DNA of 64,000 bases from Promethearchaeota archaeon. GTDB lineage: Archaea; Asgardarchaeota; Thorarchaeia; Thorarchaeales; Thorarchaeaceae. The stretch is taken from assembly GCA_014728035.1 (NCBI GenBank), contig WJMJ01000046.1, positions 96,001 through 160,000 on the forward strand, read 5' to 3'. Shown piece after piece: positions 38,803-47,907 of the stretch. The notes under the pieces are model-generated. The model made no database searches and had not been told where the DNA came from. It was given only the letters and a program-made list of their open reading frames with translations. Each line of letters begins with the position of its first letter. Positions within the stretch are counted from its first letter, which is position 1. The position numbers and the translations under genes are program-made.

Positions 38803-40188
38803 ATGGTAGAAAAACTATTTGGAACTAGTGGAATTAGAGGAAGTATTCAGAGTAAAGTCACAACAGATATGGCACTGAATTTGGGAAGGTCACTTGGTAC
38901 AACTCTGAAAGGTACAGGTATAGTTGGAGTAGGAACAGATGCTCGAACTTCAAAAGATATGTTGAAGAATGCTTTCATTGCTGGAATGCTCTCGACAGGA
39001 GTTAATGTAATCGACCTAGGATTTGCTCCGATGCCCGTTGTTGCAGCTCATAGTACATTCAGTCCAATAAAAACCTCGGTTATAATAACAGCAAGTCATA
39101 ATCCATCCGGAGATAATGGATTCAAGTTTTTCAAAAACGGAAGAGAATACATTAGGAGTGAAGAAAAAAATATTGAACGATGCATATCTATGGAAAAATA
39201 TCATGTCGCGAATTGGACATCGACAGGGACCGTTTCTAAGTATGATATTTATGAAAACTATATGATTCGTGCAAAACATTTCCTAAGTAAGAGAGGTGCG
39301 CAAGGAAGAGGGATGAGAGTATTGGTAGACCTCGCTAATGGAGCAGCTGTGCCATATACCCCTGTTCTTCTGAGAGAATTAGGATTTTCTGTGACTACGA
39401 TTAATGCACATCCTGATGGGCATTTCCCAGGAAGACCTGCTGAACCATCACCAAAAAATCTTGAAGATACAATGCGAATTGCAAGTACCTCGGACTTCTC
39501 TTTAACAGTATGCCACGATGGTGATGGCGACAGGCTTGCAGTAATTGACGAGGCCGGGAACTTCATAGACCAAAACAGAATCATTGCGCTTTTTGCAAGA
39601 GATGAAGTTCGCCGAAGAGATGGTGGGCTTGTTGTGGTGTCAATTGATACATCAAGCGTAATCGATGATGTGATTAAAGCAGAAGGTGGTTCAATAATAC
39701 GGGCACCCTTAGGTTCACTCCAAGAGATTTTCTCAAAGCGGAAAGAAGAGGTTGTATTTTCCTCAGAGCCATGGAAGCCAATTTTTACAGCATTTGGTTG
39801 GTGGATGGATGGTATAGTTGGAGCAGCAAGAATAACTCAGATGGTCCAAGATGAAGGAGAGGAAAGTTGTATACAACTGATGAAATCAATTCCAGAGTAT
39901 CCAATGCTTAGAGAACACATAAAATGTCCAGACAAATGCAAATCAAAATTCATGGATAGCATCAGAATTCTAATAGAGGATCAAGTTACAAACATCGAAC
40001 AAATTATCGATGTCGATGGTGTGAGGGTTGAGAGAAATGATGGCTCTTATGTCCTCATAAGGGTTTCAGGAACGGAACCTAAAGCTAGAGTGTATATTGG
40101 TGCAAAGAAAAGAGAAACTCTAGAGAAGCTTGCAGCACAAGCACGGAAAATAATGGAAACTGCACTCGAACATGCAAAAAAAGAATAG
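38803..40188 (+). CDS. Phosphohexomutase (PMM/PGM/GlmM family)
   Basis: LFGTSGIRG, TASHNP, DGDGDR, RVSGTEP. Confidence 0.92.
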   Translation: MVEKLFGTSGIRGSIQSKVTTDMALNLGRSLGTTLKGTGIVGVGTDARTSKDMLKNAFIAGMLSTGVNVIDLGFAPMPVVAAHSTFSPIKTSVIITASHNPSGDNGFKFFKNGREYIRSEEKNIERCISMEKYHVANWTSTGTVSKYDIYENYMIRAKHFLSKRGAQGRGMRVLVDLANGAAVPYTPVLLRELGFSVTTINAHPDGHFPGRPAEPSPKNLEDTMRIASTSDFSLTVCHDGDGDRLAVIDEAGNFIDQNRIIALFARDEVRRRDGGLVVVSIDTSSVIDDVIKAEGGSIIRAPLGSLQEIFSKRKEEVVFSSEPWKPIFTAFGWWMDGIVGAARITQMVQDEGEESCIQLMKSIPEYPMLREHIKCPDKCKSKFMDSIRILIEDQVTNIEQIIDVDGVRVERNDGSYVLIRVSGTEPKARVYIGAKKRETLEKLAAQARKIMETALEHAKKE

Positions 40189-40234
40189 AGTTGCGTCGGT
40201 AATATTAAATCGAAAGATACTATCGAATGACCAA

Positions 40235-40365
40235 GCCGAGGTATCCAAGCGGCTACGGAGACGGTCTCGAAATCTCGTACGAGATAACCGTTGCCCTTGA
40301 GGCTCGTGAGTCCTGATGTAATTCATAGACATTGGGCACGAATTCGAATCTCATCCTCGGCGCCA
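40235..40365 (+). tRNA. tRNA-Ser(CGA) with two introns (37/38: 40272-40285; 53/54: 40311-40342), encoded CCA
   Basis: GCCGAGG/CCTCGGC acceptor, ACGGT-CTCGAAA-ACCGT anticodon arm after splicing, long variable arm, GTGAG-TTCGAAT-CTCAT T arm after splicing; BHB-like motifs at both introns. Confidence 0.9.
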
Positions 40366-40371
40366 ATTATT

Positions 40372-40713
40372 CTAGAATGTGATTATCGAATAGCCACGAT
40401 CAGAAAATGCATGTAAATTGGAGTGTCCACTAAGGTCTCCTTTCAATGATATTCCAAGGCTTTTTGCAGCTTCGGTAGCTGAAAAAGTGTCAGTACATGC
40501 CATACAAGAGTGATCAATTAGCCCTAATTCTTTAGCTTTGAAAAACAAAGGCATTTTCAGTGTCCCTTTTGAGATATCAATAAGCAATTTGGGAGACGCA
40601 CATTCTAGAACCACTGCAATCTCATTTCCGAGTTCATGGTAGTTTATTGCATTCAATAGTATATGGAATAAATGCATTTTGTTATCATTAGTAGCAAGAA
40701 ACATGAATTTCAT
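40372..40713 (-). CDS. DsrE/DsrF-like protein
   Basis: H.LLNA, C.AC..., L.G..SGH motif. Confidence 0.7.
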   Translation of the reverse strand: MKFMFLATNDNKMHLFHILLNAINYHELGNEIAVVLECASPKLLIDISKGTLKMPLFFKAKELGLIDHSCMACTDTFSATEAAKSLGISLKGDLSGHSNLHAFSDRGYSIITF

Positions 40714-40846
40714 GGAGCTTAATACACAACTCGGAGGGATTAATCTAACGGCATCTAGTGCAGAGTAAATAGTAAATATTATTAATAAATAATATATAGT
40801 ATATTTGTTGGGACTGACAGATGATAGTATAATCGGAGGAAAAATA

Positions 40847-41584
40847 ATGAAAGAAAAAAGTCAGTCCCAAGCTACGATTTGGATTCAAGTAGCTCTAATC
40901 TATTTGAAAAGTGATAATTTGGAAAAAGCTCGAGAAGCAATAATAAGAACAACCATTGAAGAACCAGAAAATTATCTTGGATGGTATGGACTTGGATTAA
41001 TTCAGTTTGCTTCTCGGAATTTTCAACAAGCAAAATCAGCTCTCAAAAAAGCAGTTAAAATTGATACTACCAAAGGCCAACCTTGGTACATACTGGGAAG
41101 AATTGCGTTGGATGAAAACCAATTCCTTGAAGCAATAGAATATTTTGATATGGCGATTGAAAATAGAATGAGAACAATACAACTTTTTCTTGACAAAGGA
41201 ATATGTTTTGAGAAAGAAGAACAGGTTGACAAAGCGCTGAAAAATTACAGATATGCAGTTAAAATCGGTCAGTATAATGAAGAATTATTGCTGCAGCTAG
41301 GAAACTTGCTAGTCACGAGGAAAAAGTTCAATCAGGCGATAGATATCTATATGGAAGCAATTGCAATCAATCCAAAAAATGCCATTGCATGGGCAAATAT
41401 AGGATTCATTCAAATTGCAATAGGAGATATCGAAGAAGCTGAAATTTCATTCAGGCGTGCAATCACATTAGAACCAAACTGTGAAGAGGTGCAAACAGCT
41501 CTAAACGAAATACAAACAAACCTAATTGGAAAAGAGAATTCTCAAACCATGCAAGAGGATTATGAAGAAATATATGCGTTATAA
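40847..41584 (+). CDS. TPR-repeat protein
   Basis: Repeated W..LG, A....P TPR motifs; ggagga RBS before ATG 40847. Confidence 0.85.
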   Translation: MKEKSQSQATIWIQVALIYLKSDNLEKAREAIIRTTIEEPENYLGWYGLGLIQFASRNFQQAKSALKKAVKIDTTKGQPWYILGRIALDENQFLEAIEYFDMAIENRMRTIQLFLDKGICFEKEEQVDKALKNYRYAVKIGQYNEELLLQLGNLLVTRKKFNQAIDIYMEAIAINPKNAIAWANIGFIQIAIGDIEEAEISFRRAITLEPNCEEVQTALNEIQTNLIGKENSQTMQEDYEEIYAL

Positions 41585-41604
41585 GATCATAGCAAAAGTG
41601 AATC

Positions 41605-41721
41605 TGGTGCGGAGGGCGTGATTTGAACACGCGAACCCCTACGGGATTATCCTCTTAGAACCGAGGTCCTAAGATCTGGATCCTAAGTCCAGCGCCTTTG
41701 GCCTGGCTTGGCAACCTCCGC
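41605..41721 (-). tRNA. tRNA-Leu(UAG) with a 29-nt intron at 43/44 (41647-41675), encoded CCA
   Basis: GCGGAGG/CCTCCGC acceptor, CTGGA-CTTAGGA-TCCAG arm, variable arm CCCGTAGGGG, GCGTG-TTCAAAT-CACGC; BHB atcc-aga / ggat-aat. Confidence 0.9.
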
Positions 41722-41772
41722 CGATACTGCAACCTATTATCGGTCAAGATATAATCATTTTGGCAAGAACAT

Positions 41773-41913
41773 TCAAGTTTTTTTGGTCCAAGTATGACTA
41801 CATCGTGGACATCTGAAATGTCGGTTTACGCCACCCCCACTAATCATTTCCTTCTTTACTAGTGCAATATCATCGTATCCACATCTTGGACAGACTATTT
41901 TAGAACCAGACAT
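41773..41913 (-). CDS. Small zinc-ribbon protein (TFS C-terminal-like)
   Basis: CPRCG-x22-CPRC.HTW. Confidence 0.7.
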   Translation of the reverse strand: MSGSKIVCPRCGYDDIALVKKEMISGGGVNRHFRCPRCSHTWTKKT

Positions 41914-42097
41914 TATTTGTAACTCCATTTCATCAAAATACAAGATACTAATATCTAGTTTATTGGTGGGGGCTAACAAGAATATAACCATGTCACAATC
42001 TTTTTATTTGACTCAAGGGATGTCGGCCAGAATCGTATCCAAGTACGAGTCAAACCCGTCTCCAGAAGCAACCCGCATCGTGAGAGTGTGATTAAAA

Positions 42098-42742
42098 ATG
42101 TCCTCGAAAGGTCGTCAAGCAGCAAGAACCCGTGATAAATGGAGAGAAAAAGCCTGGTATAATATCATAGCACCAGATTACTTTGAAAATAAACCAATTG
42201 GAGAAACTCCAGCAGGAGACCCCGCTCAAGTTGTAGGAAGAACTGTGCAACCAACACTATATGATATCACTGGAGATTTCGATAAGATTCATGTGAAATT
42301 GACATTCAAAATATTGGAAGTTTCTGGACAGGATGCAAAAACGGTCTTTCATGGTCATGAGTGGAGCTCTGATTATCTTCGAGGACTTGTCAGAAGAGGT
42401 ACAACTCGTATTGATTGGATTGGCCCCATCCTTACAAAAGACGACTTCATGATGAGAATATCAGTGATTGTATTCACCAACTCTCGAGCAAAGAGTAGCC
42501 AAAAACATTCTATAAGAAAAGGCATTGAGAAAGTCATTAAAACCCATGCAAAGAAACATTCCTTTGATGAGCTTGTTCAGAAAGTTGTTCTGGGAGATTT
42601 AGCCAGCGAAGTTTATGAAGAGGTTAAAACAATCATTCCAATCAGACAATGTGAAATAAGAAAGAGTAAAGTTCTGAAAGCACCTGAAGAAGTTAAAGCA
42701 AGAAGAGCAAGACTCAGAAGAGGCTCTGGAAAGAAAGACTAA
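42098..42742 (+). CDS. rps3ae: 30S ribosomal protein eS1 (S3Ae)
   Basis: DKW..K.WY...AP, GRTV..TL.D.TGD, DYLR.LVRR, EIRK. Confidence 0.95.
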   Translation: MSSKGRQAARTRDKWREKAWYNIIAPDYFENKPIGETPAGDPAQVVGRTVQPTLYDITGDFDKIHVKLTFKILEVSGQDAKTVFHGHEWSSDYLRGLVRRGTTRIDWIGPILTKDDFMMRISVIVFTNSRAKSSQKHSIRKGIEKVIKTHAKKHSFDELVQKVVLGDLASEVYEEVKTIIPIRQCEIRKSKVLKAPEEVKARRARLRRGSGKKD

Positions 42743-42769
42743 TTGAGAAGAAACCATGTTGGTTTCTTT

Positions 42770-43123
42770 TCAATCTTCATGAATAGTCCCAAGTTTATGA
42801 AGAGCTTGGAGTAAAAGAACCATAAGATTTGCAAGTTTAGTTAATTTGTCAGTATCTGTTTCCGATTCAATAATTTCGTTTAAAGACTGTAACTTCCTCA
42901 TCAATGTTTCACGTAATTTGGGAAGCATAGTTTTAACGGCGGTAGACTCTGCTTCTTCATCAGATCGTACTACAACAATACGTCGATCACAAGACGCACA
43001 ATACAAATCATCCTGAATTTTTAGAATCGGCGATCCACATTGTGGACATGACTGTGCAAGCATTGTAGCACCACGCCGAAGTAGCTCAGCCATTTTCTTA
43101 ATTGAATCGTCATTGTCAGTCAT
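42770..43123 (-). CDS. UPF0148 / Sjogren autoantigen-like Zn-finger protein
   Basis: MAELLRRGATML..SCP.CG.P...YC..C. Confidence 0.85.
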   Translation of the reverse strand: MTDNDDSIKKMAELLRRGATMLAQSCPQCGSPILKIQDDLYCASCDRRIVVVRSDEEAESTAVKTMLPKLRETLMRKLQSLNEIIESETDTDKLTKLANLMVLLLQALHKLGTIHED

Positions 43124-43290
43124 CAAGAACACAGGAAAGATAGGGATAAAGTCGAATATAAGACTAGTTTGATTATCGCATGTTCAAAATGAACATGTGT
43201 ATTTTCGTTATGCCAAAACGTCTATATGGAAATTGCCATTTTGAGTCGATGTAGTTCGCACACCTTTCGTGCGTCGAGACAAATCATGAG

Positions 43291-43563
43291 GTGAGTCCAT
43301 TGGACCCCGAAACGCAGAGAAGCATCGACCAGTCCAAGTATCTGTTAAAGCAGGTATCGGAAGATTCCAATGTGCCTCGAAATATAAGACGTGCAGCAGT
43401 CGAGGCCATCGCAATCTTAGAAAAAGAAGAAGACTCTCCGGCTATACGGGCACAGAATGTCATATCCATTCTTGAAGAACCAAGTCTGGACCCGAATTGC
43501 CCAAGACAGGCAAGGACCAAGATTTGGCAGGTGTCCAGTCTGCTTGAGCCAATACGTGACTAG
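43291..43563 (+). CDS. UPF0147 family protein
   Basis: D..VPRNIRRAA, DPN.P...RT.IW...S.LE. Confidence 0.9.
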   Translation: MSPLDPETQRSIDQSKYLLKQVSEDSNVPRNIRRAAVEAIAILEKEEDSPAIRAQNVISILEEPSLDPNCPRQARTKIWQVSSLLEPIRD

Positions 43564-43648
43564 TACAATCTGCTCGATTTGGAGTAAATGTCACCTTCCT
43601 TGTGAAATAGTCCAAGGTAGGTGTTTGAAGTATGGCCAGTGTTGAAAT

Positions 43649-45094
43649 ATGATCAAGGCGAGAGTAAGAGGAATTTATTCACAATCGTTAACGCAAATAA
43701 TGCTGCAAAATCACTTTGACATAGTTCAACCCACAGTAGATGTTGCAAGACATTTTGGTTTGCCTGTTAAGAAAAGTATCCCGGATATTGATATCTGGGA
43801 CAGAAGTGATTTACAGGGAATAGTAGCTATTGCATACGAATCGCTATTGGACCGTCTAATAGATGTATTAAGGAGAAGACTTGGTGACGTGATTACCAGA
43901 ACTCCAAAAGTAGCAAAAAGCTCCATATACCGAGGGATTGCAGTAGGAAGAGATGAGAAAACAGGCCATACGCGAATCAATTTAGGAAAAGCATCAGGAC
44001 TACTTCCCGAAAAAAAAATGAAGCGGGGAACTCCTATAATGGTTCAAGTGAGAGCTCATGATTATGGGAGAAAAGCCCCGGTACTTTCAACTAATATCAC
44101 AGTTCCAGGACGAGCAGTAGTTTTACTTCCAGAACCAGTAGTAAGAATCAGTACAAAGATTAAGGATCCAGAAAAGAGAAAATGGCTTATTCGACTAGGC
44201 AAAAATTTACAAGAGCATACCGATAATTGGGGGATTCTTTGGAGAACTGCAGCGGAAAAACTTACTGAAAAGGAACTTCGCGAAGAAACAGACGATCTAT
44301 TGGACGCAGCTCAACAAATGCATACTCGATATTCAGAACTCGAAGAAACTGGCATATTATTTGAAGGAACAAGTAATGCGGATATCGAGTTCTCATCAGA
44401 AGTGAAAACCGCACTGGATAGAACAAGGTCCAAAATAAAACCAACTGTTTCTCAACACCATTTCTACAAAAGCGCAGGATATGCACCCTTAGTTGATCTA
44501 TCCGAATTGATAATTGAAGAGAGACCAGATGAAAGAAAGTATATCACTGCAAAATTAGAACAAATTATATCCAAAGATGCACCAAAAGTGAATGACCCTA
44601 TAAATATTGAACATGTCAAACTAGATGGCAGAAATATCATTCTATCACGAGGGCGAGTAGTCGAAGTTAATCCGAAAGGTTTAGTCTTAAGACGACAATT
44701 CCGGCATACAACAAGAAAATTGAAGATGAGTAGAGACCATCCAGATGGGACAAAAGTAGCAAGAGACGAGGGAGACTACGCAGTAACATATGTTGTAATT
44801 GGATCTCGACTATTGGTCACAAAATACTATTCAAAGAAAGGTGACTTAAAGGGCACATACGTAAACATCAATACGGGCGTCGAATTATATCCAGCTAATA
44901 ATGGACCAAGTAGAGTCCGATATATAGACCTTGAAATTGATGTGATTCAACAGACAAATGGAGATGTCAGAATAGTAGACCAACATATGCTAAAACGTGC
45001 GATTCAAAGAGGTTTTCTAACTGAAGATGTTGCAACACGAGCTTTGAAAAAAGCACAAAATGTTTACAATGATTTAATTGAGGGGAGATTGTAA
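43649..45094 (+). CDS. FAU-1 / RNase E-G-like ribonuclease (DUF402)
   Basis: RVRGIYS, WGILWRTAA, HH.YK, IEHVK.DG, KGTY.NINT.VE, YIDLEIDV. Confidence 0.88.
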   Translation: MIKARVRGIYSQSLTQIMLQNHFDIVQPTVDVARHFGLPVKKSIPDIDIWDRSDLQGIVAIAYESLLDRLIDVLRRRLGDVITRTPKVAKSSIYRGIAVGRDEKTGHTRINLGKASGLLPEKKMKRGTPIMVQVRAHDYGRKAPVLSTNITVPGRAVVLLPEPVVRISTKIKDPEKRKWLIRLGKNLQEHTDNWGILWRTAAEKLTEKELREETDDLLDAAQQMHTRYSELEETGILFEGTSNADIEFSSEVKTALDRTRSKIKPTVSQHHFYKSAGYAPLVDLSELIIEERPDERKYITAKLEQIISKDAPKVNDPINIEHVKLDGRNIILSRGRVVEVNPKGLVLRRQFRHTTRKLKMSRDHPDGTKVARDEGDYAVTYVVIGSRLLVTKYYSKKGDLKGTYVNINTGVELYPANNGPSRVRYIDLEIDVIQQTNGDVRIVDQHMLKRAIQRGFLTEDVATRALKKAQNVYNDLIEGRL

Positions 45095-45337
45095 ACCTTT
45101 ATCGAAGTCTTCAGATACACGAATAATCAAGTCAACAGAAGACAGAAAGTCTTCAGCTGTTGCACTTAAACTGTTAATTCCTTTATTCGATTGAATTTCA
45201 ATTACAAGTTCATTTTCTTCTACCCAAGATTGAAAATCAAGCCCTTCTGGAATAGGGTTGTTATCAGGGTCTGTGGATTGGCGTACAATCTCTGCATCGT
45301 TAGTCCGTCTGAATATAATTGTAATGCGAGCTCTCAA
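45074..45337 (-). CDS. pcc1: KEOPS subunit Pcc1
   Basis: PDN..P, SL.AT.EDFL; position after the RecJ-like gene. Confidence 0.8.
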   Translation of the reverse strand: MRARITIIFRRTNDAEIVRQSTDPDNNPIPEGLDFQSWVEENELVIEIQSNKGINSLSATAEDFLSSVDLIIRVSEDFDKGLQSPLN

Positions 45338-45343
45338 ATGAAT

Positions 45344-46675
45344 TCACTCAGATAATTCTGTAAGAATAGATAGTACTTGTGTTTTAGATTCAGGTGTTTT
45401 TTTGGATATTGCAATCGATCTATAAGATAGTGTTTTGTATTCCAGTCCTGCCTTTGCAACTTCAGAAACGATATGGCGAAATTCGAGTAGTGAGGGAGGC
45501 CATATAACTACAAGTTCAATACTAGAATCGAAAACTAAAATCCGATCGGAGTCTATGAAACTATTTTGTAGTGCGATAGTTCCAACCAGAGATAGAACAC
45601 TCGAAGTTTCATTCAGTTCTATTATAGAAATACTTCCTATTTCATTTGCATCAAAATCTTTGGACTTTAAGGCCAAATCACGAACGGTATCAATTACTTT
45701 TATTGCTTGGTCGCTATATAGGTCTAATAGTTCCCGTAGGAGTCTCGCACGATCTCCAATCCACACCCCAGTCAATAAACCAGGATGTGAATTTGCCCAA
45801 GATATTATCGAGAGTGCCTGAATTGCCGATAGACGGTACATTGGTGACTCCTCTTTTTCACTAAGAATCTTATAATCAGTTCCTGAAACCAGAGGGATAA
45901 TGTCAAGATTTACATGAGGAAGTAATTCGCTAGATAGGTTTCTAATTTGGTCGTTGTTCAACCTCATTAGAGGTTCTGTTCTATGAGAGAAGGAGATGTC
46001 TGCACCATCAAATAGTTTCTCCACAGCAATCTGATTCCCACTTATCCCCTGAATATAAGGATGAATACTTTTCAAGAATATCTCTTTCAGTGGGAGGAAA
46101 TTAACACCATAAACACGAAGTTCTTTATTTTTAGAAACAAGCCCTAATTCCAATGCGATATCTACAGCTTCACCAGCACAAATAGAAGATTCGGAGGGGT
46201 TGCCAGTTCTCAAAAGTGAGCTAATAGCAGCTAATGCAAGATCTTCTTCTTTAGCAATGAAGTGATTTCGAATTATCATGTATGATGCGCAACCCAAATC
46301 AGAGTCAGCAAGATTGATGCAGTTTATCAAGTCAGAAGAGTTATTGGGTGTTCCACCGACTGATATCAGGCTTCTATCACTTAACGCTAAAGGAGTATCA
46401 TCCACGGTTGAAACACCAATTACTATTGGATACAGATGGGGATATGAAAGAATTAGTTTTGATAAGGTGTTTGAAGAAACAATAGGTTCAACAAAGGTAA
46501 GGTGAAATCTACAGTTGGACCTAATTAGCCCCTTACATAAGATTCCGCTGGCAAGGCAAGATTCAGAGGAAGAAGAACTAACTATCAGAAAGGACGAATC
46601 CTCTTTGATATCGATACCATCTAGGGTTTCATCTATTGAAACAATAATTGGAGGCTTGTCAGGGCGCTCACTCAT
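45344..46675 (-). CDS. Degenerate DHH/RecJ(Cdc45/GAN)-like protein
   Basis: Position between uS15 and pcc1; residual ASGIL, FH.TF, L..YG...PL, P...GISGN; catalytic DxD and DHH motifs absent. Confidence 0.6.
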   Translation of the reverse strand: MSERPDKPPIIVSIDETLDGIDIKEDSSFLIVSSSSSESCLASGILCKGLIRSNCRFHLTFVEPIVSSNTLSKLILSYPHLYPIVIGVSTVDDTPLALSDRSLISVGGTPNNSSDLINCINLADSDLGCASYMIIRNHFIAKEEDLALAAISSLLRTGNPSESSICAGEAVDIALELGLVSKNKELRVYGVNFLPLKEIFLKSIHPYIQGISGNQIAVEKLFDGADISFSHRTEPLMRLNNDQIRNLSSELLPHVNLDIIPLVSGTDYKILSEKEESPMYRLSAIQALSIISWANSHPGLLTGVWIGDRARLLRELLDLYSDQAIKVIDTVRDLALKSKDFDANEIGSISIIELNETSSVLSLVGTIALQNSFIDSDRILVFDSSIELVVIWPPSLLEFRHIVSEVAKAGLEYKTLSYRSIAISKKTPESKTQVLSILTELSE

Positions 46676-46710
46676 CGGTATAAGCGATGAGTGAAATCTA
46701 TATGATAAAC

Positions 46711-47166
46711 CTATCTAAGAAGCACAGCTGCTTGTGCTGGGCTGTATTTCCAATCTGCAGGAAGAACCCCTTTCTTTCGATAATATTTTGATAAGCGATG
46801 AATCTTGCTCTCCACAAGTTGAAGACCTCTTTTTGAAACAAAATCTTTCTTGTTTTCTTCGAGATGACGACGAATTCTAAGAGCTTTAGCAATCATATTT
46901 CTGAGGTCTTCAGGAACTCTTCTTTCAAGGTCGTTTTCTCGAATGATATCTAAAATTCGTTTACCAGTTATGACATGGACAAGAGGCACCCCATATTGAT
47001 CACGGAGAATTGTACCTATCATTGAAGGCGTATTCCCAGTTTTGGCAAGTTCAATGACTTTTTCTTCAACCCATTCTGCATCCTTATCAACCCAATCAGG
47101 AACTATCAATGTGGAGGGGCGTTTGCTTCCGGATTGTCCTTTTCTTCTTGTATGCATTCTTGCCAT
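46711..47166 (-). CDS. rps15: 30S ribosomal protein uS15
   Basis: MARMH.R..G.SGS.RP, IG..LRDQYG.P, PEDL, ESKIHRL.KYY. Confidence 0.96.
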   Translation of the reverse strand: MARMHTRRKGQSGSKRPSTLIVPDWVDKDAEWVEEKVIELAKTGNTPSMIGTILRDQYGVPLVHVITGKRILDIIRENDLERRVPEDLRNMIAKALRIRRHLEENKKDFVSKRGLQLVESKIHRLSKYYRKKGVLPADWKYSPAQAAVLLR

Positions 47167-47259
47167 TTTTATTGCCTCGGAATAAATGTCTAGTACGAGT
47201 CTTTTGGAACGCGTATCAGTAGAGATATAAACATTACTTTGTGGAGTATTGTTCACAGT

Positions 47260-47907
47260 TTAGTGATAGCGTCCTCGCTCTCGAATGGCATTCATTCGTG
47301 CGATAATTAGATTGGAATCGCTGCCATAATTAGAAGAATATCCATCAAGTATAGATTGGTTCATTATTTCTTGATGTTTCCAGTGAGTTGTTTCAATAGC
47401 CCGATTGACTAAATGTAGGTCAGTCCCTTTCATCTCAATAGTGGCATTTCGTTCAGAAAGCCCGAAGTCAATAAGCCACATTTTATCAAATTCATCAAGG
47501 ATAACATTACTTGTTGTGGGATCTCCGTGAATAGTATCGCCCTTATGTAATTCCGCTAATAGATACCCAAAAGTTTTGCATAGTTGTGCAAGTTTTTCGT
47601 TTGTGAGTGACTCGACTAAATTCTTCAAGGATTCGCCTCTAATGAAATCCATCAAAATAGAGCTTGTTTGAACATCAATCCAATATACAGAAGGCGTGGG
47701 AACACCAAGTGTTCGAGCAAAAGTAAGCATTCGTGATTCTCGAACAGTACGGCTAATACGAAGCATTCTATCAATTGGAGTAATTAGATATGATTTACAA
47801 GGACGTACTTTTAGAATAACTTCTTTATTAGACCAGTAGCCATGAAAGATGGTGGATTCTGCCCCTAAAGCAAGAACATCCCAAGGGACCACTAAATATC
47901 CCTCCAA
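47260..47907 (-). CDS. bud32: KEOPS kinase Bud32
   Basis: GAES, K.R..K.Y, RT.RE, HGDPTTSN, IDFGL, RGRY. Confidence 0.92.
   Translation of the reverse strand: MEGYLVVPWDVLALGAESTIFHGYWSNKEVILKVRPCKSYLITPIDRMLRISRTVRESRMLTFARTLGVPTPSVYWIDVQTSSILMDFIRGESLKNLVESLTNEKLAQLCKTFGYLLAELHKGDTIHGDPTTSNVILDEFDKMWLIDFGLSERNATIEMKGTDLHLVNRAIETTHWKHQEIMNQSILDGYSSNYGSDSNLIIARMNAIRERGRYH

Noticed and set aside
40366-41604. Integrated element between the two convergent tRNAs
   Set aside because: No integrase and no duplicated tRNA 3' end seen; only DsrE-like and TPR genes
47167-47256. uS15 ribosomal leader or N-terminal extension of uS15
   Set aside because: No convincing stems by eye; the true start is MARMH at 47166
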